DNA of 63,260 bases, filler included, from an uncultured Methanosarcinales archaeon (GTDB taxonomy: Archaea; Nanobdellota; Nanobdellia; Woesearchaeales; JACPBV01), in NCBI GenBank assembly GCA_964492935.1. It is 4 parts of 4 records of this genome, joined end to end, with 100 filler letters (N's around TTAATTAATTAA, not from the genome) between each part and the next. Parts side by side here need not be neighbours in the genome. Positions count along the whole stretch, not along the records: positions 41,151 to 60,597 come from CAZBLF010000023.1; 3 more parts are not named here. One strand, written 5' to 3'. This document shows, in pieces, positions 49,191 to 57,529 of the stretch. The translations under genes were made by a program, and so were the position numbers. Under the pieces are notes generated by a model. That model did not search any database. It worked only from the letters and a program-made list of their open reading frames with translations, and was not told where the DNA came from. Position 1 is the stretch's first letter. The number at the start of each line of letters is the position of its first letter.

Positions 49191-49625
49191 ATAGCGAGTT
49201 TTCGGAACAAAGTTCAATATCACGCCTTCTTTAACCCGACCACACCCTAAGAAGTCAGAAGAATTCTTAATCAGCACAAAACCTGTTTCCGTAGTATCAG
49301 TCTCAATATCATTACCCTTGATCCACATCCTAGCAACGCTATCACTAACCGTAACAACACCTTTCGTAGCTGCAACACCAATCACCTGACTCCCCTCAAT
49401 CGACAACCGAGCCTCACCATGCGATACCTCACCCAAATACACGCCCAAAGAATTAACCCGAACGTTAGAAAGATCAAGCAACCCAACATCCCTATTGACT
49501 CCATAAATCTTACCTTTTTCCGTCTTAAAAAAAGCAAAGTCTAATTTCAAAGTAAAACCAAATTGTGATTCTAATAACTTAAGAAATTCTTTCCGCTCTT
49601 TCCGCTCCAATACAGCAACCTTCAT
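49173..49625 (-). CDS. PUA-like NOL1/NOP2/RsmF C-terminal domain protein
   Basis: GVYLG.....RLSIEGSQ.IG, W..G.D, DFLGCG......NFVPK.R. Confidence 0.75.
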   Translation of the reverse strand: MKVAVLERKERKEFLKLLESQFGFTLKLDFAFFKTEKGKIYGVNRDVGLLDLSNVRVNSLGVYLGEVSHGEARLSIEGSQVIGVAATKGVVTVSDSVARMWIKGNDIETDTTETGFVLIKNSSDFLGCGRVKEGVILNFVPKTRYLQVSD

Positions 49626-51385
49626 ACGCCCCACAACGGATTATCTTTTCGCATAATCTCAGCAATCTCCTTCAACACCACCTTCTGATCATCAGAAAGA
49701 TTCGACTTCAAATCGCGCAATTTCCTAAAATCTTCCTCAGGTATCGCAGCATACAGTACTGTGCCTTCATCAATCTGCCTGCCAACCGTAACATCCTCTA
49801 ACGACACGGCAACCTGTTTCCCCTTTTCAGCAGCCTCAATTGTTTTCTGTTCCAACTGCATACTTTTAACCGTGGTAATCGAAATGCCATCATCCTTCAT
49901 CAACTTCATGCCAGTCTTTAACGTACCACCCAAAATATCCATACCCACAACGGCAGGATTATTCTGCCTAAAAATATAGCCTTTCATGATTTCTCCCTTG
50001 ACCGGCTGCATCAATCCCGCTAAATCACCGGCTTCCGCAGATTTTTGAGTATCCTCTCGCCATTTCTCAAAATCTTCAATTAATTTGTAAATAATAGGAT
50101 TAGTAAAAATGGTAAGGGAATCCTTCTCATTTCCAGAGGCATCGTCGACATTAAATCCAAGCACAACCGCATTCAACGCATCATGCTCCAGATTAGCCTC
50201 GGCATCCGCAATATCTTTCTTAGTAATCGGACCAATCGAGGCACGCTTAATCGGAATGTCAATATCGCGAAGCATTTTCTCCAAAGCCTCCAACGAACCA
50301 ATCGTATCAGCCTTAATCACAATACCTTCTTTGTCCGTCTGAATCAGCACATCCTCAATCTCCTTTTGAATTTCTTCCTTAACCGCATCTACTTCATCCT
50401 CAGAACAAGATTGAATCGGCATCCCTGCTAAGACTCCCTCCACATCCGGAGCAATAATACGAACGCCCGTAGCAGCAACTGCCTCATCCACACCCTCAAA
50501 CTTAGCGCGCTTATCTCTCATTTCAGAAAGTGCACTCGGCTCAAACAATCCACGAACCTTACTTACAATCGGTTCATTTAACGTTCCCACCACAATCGTA
50601 TCTCCCTTACGGAGCGTACCATCATACACAATAACATCCATACTCAATCCTAACCCTTTAACTTCCTTAACTTCTAAAATAGAACCCTTTGCATTTCCAG
50701 CAACATCAACATTTAGTTTATCCTCTAAAAATTTCTGAGCCAATCCCGAAATCACCATCAACAATTCAGGAATACCTTCCCGAGTTTTAGCTGATGTAGG
50801 AACAATCGCAACGCGTTTCGTAAAATCTCCCACTCGATCAAAACGTTCAGCATCAAACCCATGCTCCGATAACGATCCAACAAGTTCATACAACTTACCC
50901 TCAATCGCCTGCTGCACCGCACTCGTCTGACTAGAAATGTTAGGAATCAACATCTGATCCGGTTGCGACTTCCACCCATACAACAAATCAATTTTATTCA
51001 TAGCAATAACGAATGGAACCTTATATGTCTTCAAAATCTCCATCGACTCAATCGTCTGTGGCTTCAATCCTTCATTAACATCCACCACCAAAATCGCAAT
51101 ATCTGCTAAGTTACCGCCTCTTTTACGCAATGATGTAAACGAAGCGTGGCCGGGAGTGTCAATAAACAACAAGCCAGGAATAGTAAAAGGAATTTTTAAC
51201 GCATCTAACAACGGTCCACACACCTTCTTAACGGTGTCCATCGGAATTAGAGAAGCACCAATAGCCTGCGTAATCCCGCCAGCCTCCCCAGAGGTAATAG
51301 CCGTCCCTCTAATCGTATCTAAGATGCTCGTCTTTCCATGATCAACGTGCGCCAGTATCACACACATCGGACTCCGTAATGCCAT
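49622..51385 (-). CDS. infB: Translation initiation factor aIF5B (IF-2)
   Basis: LRSP...HVDHGKT, EAGGITQ.IGA, DTPGH..F..LR.RGG, NKID, KADT.GSLEAL. Confidence 0.97.
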   Translation of the reverse strand: MALRSPMCVILAHVDHGKTSILDTIRGTAITSGEAGGITQAIGASLIPMDTVKKVCGPLLDALKIPFTIPGLLFIDTPGHASFTSLRKRGGNLADIAILVVDVNEGLKPQTIESMEILKTYKVPFVIAMNKIDLLYGWKSQPDQMLIPNISSQTSAVQQAIEGKLYELVGSLSEHGFDAERFDRVGDFTKRVAIVPTSAKTREGIPELLMVISGLAQKFLEDKLNVDVAGNAKGSILEVKEVKGLGLSMDVIVYDGTLRKGDTIVVGTLNEPIVSKVRGLFEPSALSEMRDKRAKFEGVDEAVAATGVRIIAPDVEGVLAGMPIQSCSEDEVDAVKEEIQKEIEDVLIQTDKEGIVIKADTIGSLEALEKMLRDIDIPIKRASIGPITKKDIADAEANLEHDALNAVVLGFNVDDASGNEKDSLTIFTNPIIYKLIEDFEKWREDTQKSAEAGDLAGLMQPVKGEIMKGYIFRQNNPAVVGMDILGGTLKTGMKLMKDDGISITTVKSMQLEQKTIEAAEKGKQVAVSLEDVTVGRQIDEGTVLYAAIPEEDFRKLRDLKSNLSDDQKVVLKEIAEIMRKDNPLWGV

Positions 51386-51513
51386 ACCTACTAAGAAAAA
51401 TAACGGATTTTTAAAACTATGGAATTTCTCAAGAGAATACACCAAAACCACCATCCCAACCCCCATAATCAACTAAATAAAACTTTATATAGCATTGCCT
51501 CCTGAAAAACAAC

Positions 51514-51894
51514 ATGAAAGGGGATTTCATGCCTAAATCATTGGCAGGCTTGCTGTTAGTTTTTATTTTCGCAGCAGCTTTTGTCAATTTTCACCCACTG
51601 GGACGGTATTATCTTGACGAACCCTACCAGCGAGGAACGTTCGGCCAAGCCTTTGTCACCGTTCAGAATCCAACGAGCAGCGAAATTGAGGATGTAAGCG
51701 TAAAACTCATCATCTACGACCTTGGCATCCAGTACACATCCATTCCTTTTGACGTTCCGAAGCGAGATTCGCGACTTTCCATGATACACATGCCGATTTC
51801 CAGGAACATCCCCCCAGGAACCTACATCTCAAAATTAACCGTTTCGAATGACGAATTCCGAGATTCAAAGCACATCGAAATCACAATCGTTTAA
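51514..51894 (+). CDS. Small secreted Ig-fold hypothetical protein
   Basis: Signal peptide; PGTY...LTVS motif resembling the C-terminal domain of the 1-918 protein. Confidence 0.55.
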   Translation: MKGDFMPKSLAGLLLVFIFAAAFVNFHPLGRYYLDEPYQRGTFGQAFVTVQNPTSSEIEDVSVKLIIYDLGIQYTSIPFDVPKRDSRLSMIHMPISRNIPPGTYISKLTVSNDEFRDSKHIEITIV

Positions 51895-51944
51895 TTCTAT
51901 ACAATTTAAGCAACCTTTTAATACTGACTTCTTATTGTACAACT

Positions 51945-52976
51945 ATGCCAACCATTCAAGAAGGCCTAGCCACCATAACCACCTCAAATCCCAAAATAGT
52001 CAGCAAAGCAATGCCCGTCTTCTACAATCCCATCATGAAGTTCAATCGAGACGTCTCCATCCTCCTACTCAATTCTGTCAACGACAAAGCATTAGCAATT
52101 GCAGATCCCCTAGCAGGCTCCGGCATCAGAAGCATTCGCATGCTCAAAGAACTACCAAAAAACAAGATACAATCAATAACAATAAATGACGCCTCACCTG
52201 AAGCATGCAAGCACATACGCAAGCATCTCAAAAAGAATAAAGTCAAAGCACAAGTTACAAACGAAGATGCAAATCTCTTCCTCCTAAACAGTAAAGGCTT
52301 CAACTACATCGACATCGACCCGTTCGGCTCCCCCAACCCATTCCTACAGTCAGCAGTCATCAGAATCGCCAGAAACGGCATCCTAGCAGTTACCGCAACC
52401 GATACCGCAGCACTTGCCGGCACCTATCCCAAGGCATGCCAAAGAAAATACTGGGCAAAACCCCTCAGAACAGCAGAGATGCACGAAGTCGGTTTGAGAA
52501 TCCTCATACGAAAAGTGCAATTAGTAGCAGCACAATTCCAGAAAGCACTCATTCCAATGTACAGCTACTCCAAAGACCATTACATGAGAGTATTTTTCAG
52601 AGCCGAAAAGAGCAAGGAAGCTGTTGATAAAATCCTAAAACAACACGACGACTACAAAGAAGCCGGACCCATGTGGACAGGCAACCTTCAAGATGTCAAA
52701 TTAGCAAAAACAATAGCATCTACCAACAAAGATGACACCATCCAAGACTTCCTAGATTTGATAGCGAAAGAACTACCGATTCTAGGCTTCTACGACATCC
52801 ACGCACTAGCAAAAACACACAAACTCAAAGCACTGCCAAAAACAGAAGACCTCATTAAAGCAATCAAGAAAACCCACAAAGCCACGAAAACACACTTCGC
52901 ACAAGCCTCAATTAAGTCTTCCATCACCGAGCCGCAACTCATAAAGCTCCTCAACTCCACTCATCTCAAAAACTAA
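51945..52976 (+). CDS. trm1: tRNA (guanine26-N2)-dimethyltransferase
   Basis: VFYNP.M.FNRD, GSGIRSIR, IDIDPFGSP, VTATD.A.L.G, E.GLRIL. Confidence 0.95.
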   Translation: MPTIQEGLATITTSNPKIVSKAMPVFYNPIMKFNRDVSILLLNSVNDKALAIADPLAGSGIRSIRMLKELPKNKIQSITINDASPEACKHIRKHLKKNKVKAQVTNEDANLFLLNSKGFNYIDIDPFGSPNPFLQSAVIRIARNGILAVTATDTAALAGTYPKACQRKYWAKPLRTAEMHEVGLRILIRKVQLVAAQFQKALIPMYSYSKDHYMRVFFRAEKSKEAVDKILKQHDDYKEAGPMWTGNLQDVKLAKTIASTNKDDTIQDFLDLIAKELPILGFYDIHALAKTHKLKALPKTEDLIKAIKKTHKATKTHFAQASIKSSITEPQLIKLLNSTHLKN

Positions 52977-53022
52977 ACGCTTTTATACCTCATTACCTAA
53001 AAATCACTAAAAAGAGGCTATC

Positions 53023-54216
53023 ATGGATCCAATTACGTTTATTACCTATCTTGTTGTCGTGCTTATTATAGGTATTCTCTGTTCACTATTAGCAGACAAG
53101 CTCGGCATTCAAAAGATCATGCTGCTGCTGTTCGCAGGAGTAATCATTGGCCATCTCTCAGTGGGCGAGGCACCACTCCTCGATTTTCCACCGGAATTTC
53201 TGACTGCAATAGCTATTATCGCTCTAGCCATCATAGTGTTCGATGCCAGTTCGAATCTCAACATTCACCAATTCGACACCCTCTCCATCCACGCTCTCCG
53301 CCTAACTTTCATCTTTCTCCTCCTCAATTCGATTTTCCTCACCATATTCACCGTCAAATTCTTTGCCCTGCCCAGCCCGCTAGCAGCACTCCTCTTCGCC
53401 TTCATGATGTCCGGCACCGCACCCGACGCAATCATCAGCCTTCTAAAATCCACCAAAAATAAGGCAGCCTCTTTATTATCGATAGAATCAGTCATCAACT
53501 CCCCATTAACCGTTCTTCTCCCCTTTATCCTCATCGATTTCATCACATCGTTCGACCAGGTAGACCTTTTTTCAACGTTCGTCCAGCAGATTGGACCTTT
53601 TTTCCAACAATTCGTCTCCGGAATCGGATCAGGTATTGTCGTAGGAATCATCATCTCAAAGGTCATGAAAAAACAATATTCCGAGACCATTAGCCCGTTA
53701 GCAATCATCACTGCAGCATTATTTACCTACGTCCTAGCCGAGAACTTGGGAGGTAATGGTGTTCTAGCAGTCACAACACTAGGACTCTTCATCGGACACG
53801 TCTACGTCTCGCATCGAGTGCATATAATGGAGATTGCCTCCTTCTTCGCAAATTCCCTAGAGATTCTAGTATTCGTCCTCATCGGAGTCATCATCAAATT
53901 CCCACTAGATGCAAAGTTCTTAGCAACCTCACTCGCTCTCTTCGGAGTCTACCTCGTCATCAGATTTGTAGCAATAGAATGGTCCTGTCGCAAGATTGAA
54001 TTAACTGGAAAAGAAAAAATCTTCATGGCATTAAATACACAAAAGGGAATCGCTGTAGCCGTAGTAGCATTCAGCCTCTCCACATTAAATCTACCTGGCT
54101 TAACCACCATACTCCATCTCACCATCGTCTTCATGCTCTATTCAATCATTCTCTCAACGATTGTAGCAAAAACATCAAAAGTATTCTTGGGCAAGAAAAT
54201 TAAACCAGAAAACTAA
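53023..54216 (+). CDS. Cation:proton antiporter (CPA1/NhaP-like)
   Basis: ~12 TM helices; L.IES.IN and GNGVLAV motifs. Confidence 0.85.
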   Translation: MDPITFITYLVVVLIIGILCSLLADKLGIQKIMLLLFAGVIIGHLSVGEAPLLDFPPEFLTAIAIIALAIIVFDASSNLNIHQFDTLSIHALRLTFIFLLLNSIFLTIFTVKFFALPSPLAALLFAFMMSGTAPDAIISLLKSTKNKAASLLSIESVINSPLTVLLPFILIDFITSFDQVDLFSTFVQQIGPFFQQFVSGIGSGIVVGIIISKVMKKQYSETISPLAIITAALFTYVLAENLGGNGVLAVTTLGLFIGHVYVSHRVHIMEIASFFANSLEILVFVLIGVIIKFPLDAKFLATSLALFGVYLVIRFVAIEWSCRKIELTGKEKIFMALNTQKGIAVAVVAFSLSTLNLPGLTTILHLTIVFMLYSIILSTIVAKTSKVFLGKKIKPEN

Positions 54217-54220
54217 CTCT

Positions 54221-55300
54221 TCAAATGCGCTCAATAATAATTTGACCTTCTTTAACCTTAATAATACATTCTCCCCTATCAGCAAGGTCAGAAATCTTAG
54301 TAATCACATTCGGCAATAACAACCTTCCGCCGCGCACATCGAGCTGAGCGATAATCTGCTGCTCCGTAGTATCGTCCTTCTTACGACTAATCTCTTTCAA
54401 TAATTCGGAGGCACCGTGCTTCGTCCCCTTATCCTTCAACTTTTTCGTCTGTTCAAATAAATATTCTGCAATCTTATCCGCAACCCCAACCCCGGAAGCC
54501 TCTGTAATGCCCTGTAATCCAGGAGATAAGTTAACCTCCACCACTAACGGACCTTTCGAACCCTCTAAAATATCCACAGCACACAACGAAGCACCTAATG
54601 ATTTAGCAGCACGAATAGAAATTTCCTTAGTATGTGCATCCGGCGTGTATGATTCTACCGCGCCACCTGCATGCGTATTAGCCCTCTTCTCTCCATCCAT
54701 CGCCTTGCGCTTCATCGCAGCAACCACCTTATCACCTGCAACCAACACTCGAATATCCTCGCCATTCGTCTCTATATACTCCTGGATCAGGAACGGCTGT
54801 CGCAACGTAGTAAGCGTATCCAATAACGAGTTAGCAGCAGCATACGATTCAGCATACATCACTCCCTTACCGCCCGTCCCACTCGGCAACTTAAAAATAA
54901 TGGGATAGTTAATCTTCTCCAAAATCTTTTTCCCTCCTTCGGGAGTAGCAGCCAAATACGTATTCGGCATCGGAACCTGAAAATGCTGTAATGCCAAATG
55001 CGTCAGTAATTTATCATGCCCCACCGAAAACGAGTAGGGCAAAATGGGCATGTACGATGTTTTTCCCAAGACACTAGTTAACGCACGTAAAATCTGAGCA
55101 TAACGAAAAGATCCCTTAGCAAAAATACAATCATAATCAGGCAACGCCTTACCATTCGCCAGCACTTCTGCCTTATCACTTCCCATCTTCACCTCGATGC
55201 TTCGAAGATCAATGGCATCCACACTAGAAAAATGCTTCTCCATGGCCTCAATAGTCCATTTCGAGCTCGTACTTCCTAATGAAATAAGTGCAGCTTTCAT
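54221..55300 (-). CDS. RimK/LysX family ATP-grasp ligase with C-terminal AbrB-like extension
   Basis: DKLLT, P.I.K...G.GG.GV, QEYI....DIRV, RAN.H.GG, EVN.SPGL. Confidence 0.9.
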   Translation of the reverse strand: MKAALISLGSTSSKWTIEAMEKHFSSVDAIDLRSIEVKMGSDKAEVLANGKALPDYDCIFAKGSFRYAQILRALTSVLGKTSYMPILPYSFSVGHDKLLTHLALQHFQVPMPNTYLAATPEGGKKILEKINYPIIFKLPSGTGGKGVMYAESYAAANSLLDTLTTLRQPFLIQEYIETNGEDIRVLVAGDKVVAAMKRKAMDGEKRANTHAGGAVESYTPDAHTKEISIRAAKSLGASLCAVDILEGSKGPLVVEVNLSPGLQGITEASGVGVADKIAEYLFEQTKKLKDKGTKHGASELLKEISRKKDDTTEQQIIAQLDVRGGRLLLPNVITKISDLADRGECIIKVKEGQIIIERI

Positions 55301-55647
55301 TTTTTACCCGGGTTAATCAAAAAACCGTGTTCCAACACGTTCACCCCAATCAAAATCTTATAACGTAAATGACTTCTATTCGCAACCGTAAATTCAGTCT
55401 TAAATTTCTCTGATGCAAATTCTATGTTAGCCCCAATCACCGGTCTCAGCGTAGTTCCGTGAGCACTCTTCACCAGCTTCTTCCGCAACACCGGACCAAA
55501 GTCCATCTCTTTGGTCAAAGACACATCAATTGACGATCTAGTCGCACCCGTATCCATCTTAGCCTTCAACGTACGTTTCTTGCCTTTCTTATCGATAAGG
55601 GTAACTGATTCAATCAGCCCTACTACCTTCTTACCCCGAGCTACCAT
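55297..55647 (-). CDS. RimK-associated retropepsin-like aspartic protease
   Basis: AKMDTGA..SSID, RP, FTVANR....Y.ILIG. Confidence 0.88.
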   Translation of the reverse strand: MVARGKKVVGLIESVTLIDKKGKKRTLKAKMDTGATRSSIDVSLTKEMDFGPVLRKKLVKSAHGTTLRPVIGANIEFASEKFKTEFTVANRSHLRYKILIGVNVLEHGFLINPGKK

Positions 55648-55786
55648 GAAAACAACTCCGCTAACTACGTTTTTAAGGCTTTCTATTACATAGAAGACGA
55701 CACAAGTAACGCATGATTATTCTCGTCTTCTATATTGTACAAGACAAACAAATTATGCGTGATTTTTGTCTTTTACTTACATCTCT

Positions 55787-56296
55787 CTACTGAAGCTTCC
55801 CAGAAAAAAGTTTCCGAGACTTCCAGAAATAATCAATACCAGAAACTACCGTCAACACCGTAGCAATCAGCATCAGCTCCCATGCATAGGGCAACGCTAA
55901 CAATACCACCACAATCGCAACCATCTGACTAATCGTTTTAATTTTACCCCATTGAGACGCCGCTATCGTAATGCCCTGCGACTGAGCTCCGAGACGCAAT
56001 GTAGTAACCACAAATTCCCTCGTGATTATCAGAAACACCATCCACGCATCAACACCTTTACCGATTAAAAAAATCAAAGCAGCAACCACTAAAATCTTGT
56101 CCGCCATCGGATCTATGAGTTTCCCAAAATTAGTAATTAGGTTATGTTTCCTTGCCAAGTATCCATCCAACCAGTCACTTGCAGCCAATACAATAAAAAC
56201 AACCGTAGCCCAATAATAAAAATCCATCACCAACAATACAATAAATACGGGAATAAGTAAAATTCTCAGCAACGTAATGATGTTAGCGATGTTCAT
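55787..56296 (-). CDS. pgsA: CDP-diacylglycerol--glycerol-3-phosphate 3-phosphatidyltransferase (PgsA-type)
   Basis: MNIAN.IT..RI..IP, DWLDGYLAR...T.FGK..DP.ADK, RE..VT.LR, GK.KT..QM. Confidence 0.9.
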   Translation of the reverse strand: MNIANIITLLRILLIPVFIVLLVMDFYYWATVVFIVLAASDWLDGYLARKHNLITNFGKLIDPMADKILVVAALIFLIGKGVDAWMVFLIITREFVVTTLRLGAQSQGITIAASQWGKIKTISQMVAIVVVLLALPYAWELMLIATVLTVVSGIDYFWKSRKLFSGKLQ

Positions 56297-56339
56297 ACGC
56301 CGATAACACGAACAAGCTATAAAAAGCTATCCTTATGCG

Positions 56340-56502
56340 AGGCTCAGTAGAAATTCATGGTCACCTGCTTTAAGTCGAATTCCCATAGGTACAAAATCAG
56401 GCTGAAAAGAGGGTTGGCTCCTATGGAGAATGTCAGCATTCATAGAGAGAAGCAAGAATTCGAAGCTGGTGACTCGAACGAAGTGAGATTTTCTACTGAG
56501 GC
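56340..56502. mobile_element. MITE family 2, copy B (diverged; degenerate TSD CTTATGCG/ATTATGCA)
   Basis: GGCTCAGTAGAAA...TTTCTACTGAGGC termini; colinear similarity to 27287-27449. Confidence 0.8.
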
Positions 56503-56503
56503 A

Positions 56504-57232
56504 TTATGCAGGTTTCCTAAACACGCCGCCCCAGAAATGAGCAGTAAGTACTTCCTTAGAATCATGGGGATGTTCGTCAAAACCCTCTTTAGACCAATAA
56601 TGATCATCAAGCTCCTCATATACAAATCCAGCATCCTCAAAAACCTCAATGATGGGGTCCGGATCCTCTACAAATACCCGAGAAATACCGTCAGGACCCA
56701 CTATTACTGGTCCAGCTGGATGTTCTTCATTAGCAGGTTCTCCAAACTCACTATATTCATCTTCAACCGTCTTAAACGAATATCCATTTCTCCCGCCAGG
56801 AGCAGTTGCAGCATATGCTAATTCAGCAAATTCTTTCAACCTATCATACGGGAGAGTGTGAAGAATGGAATTTCCATGGACGACATCGAACGATTCGTCT
56901 TTATCCAAAAGATAGTCAAACATACAGGATTCTATAATGTCATAACTTCCAAAACCATTTTCCTCATGTCCAGCGTAAAACACATCGGTAAGTTCCTTTG
57001 CTTCATGAACAACATCCTCATCATATTCAACCCCCACCATATCAACACCAGCCGCAACAAATTCTCTAAAATGAGATCCTGCGCCCATCGCAACTTCAAG
57101 ACCAGAAGAGCCACGAGGAGTAAATTCAAGAAGATGTTCAAGCAATGGAGTAGAATCCCCTTCTCTGCTGTACAAACGATCAGCTACAGACCCAGCATTC
57201 CTATCAACGTAAGCCTCACTTCCATCACTCAT
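56504..57232 (-). CDS. Class I SAM-dependent methyltransferase (acidic)
   Basis: LEVAMGAG, VGVE, SFDVV....ILH, APGG. Confidence 0.75.
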   Translation of the reverse strand: MSDGSEAYVDRNAGSVADRLYSREGDSTPLLEHLLEFTPRGSSGLEVAMGAGSHFREFVAAGVDMVGVEYDEDVVHEAKELTDVFYAGHEENGFGSYDIIESCMFDYLLDKDESFDVVHGNSILHTLPYDRLKEFAELAYAATAPGGRNGYSFKTVEDEYSEFGEPANEEHPAGPVIVGPDGISRVFVEDPDPIIEVFEDAGFVYEELDDHYWSKEGFDEHPHDSKEVLTAHFWGGVFRKPA

Positions 57233-57291
57233 ACTGCTGAAAGCAAGAACCCTACTTAAATAACCACTTGATTAAATAATTCCGATTAGAA

Positions 57292-57360
57292 TCAACAGAA
57301 AGGGCAACCCTCATCCTCACCTTCGGGATGGTCGCACTTGTCTTTCTTTTTATCTGACAT
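57292..57360 (-). CDS. Candidate 22-aa Cys-rich micropeptide MSDKKKDKCDHPEGEDEGCPFC
   Basis: Manual translation; TTTAAATA box ~22 nt upstream of the ATG, consistent with a leaderless transcript. Confidence 0.5.
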   Translation of the reverse strand: MSDKKKDKCDHPEGEDEGCPFC

Positions 57361-57529
57361 CAGCTAATGGTGAAAAAACAAATATTTAAAGGTTTGGTTC
57401 TGGGAAGATTTCAAGGCCCAGAGAATCCCCGATTCTCGCTAGTTTGGTTGTTGGAGGAGTAAAGCGAAATTCACGGTCTCCAAACGCTAAACCAAACATT
57501 TATAATCTAACGGAGCAACCTCAAAACAC

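Noticed and set aside
56357..57259. Plus-strand ORFs 56357-56821 and 56858-57259 and the many other short antisense ORFs in the track
   Set aside because: They are shadows of well-supported opposite-strand genes or MITE sequence, with no recognisable motifs
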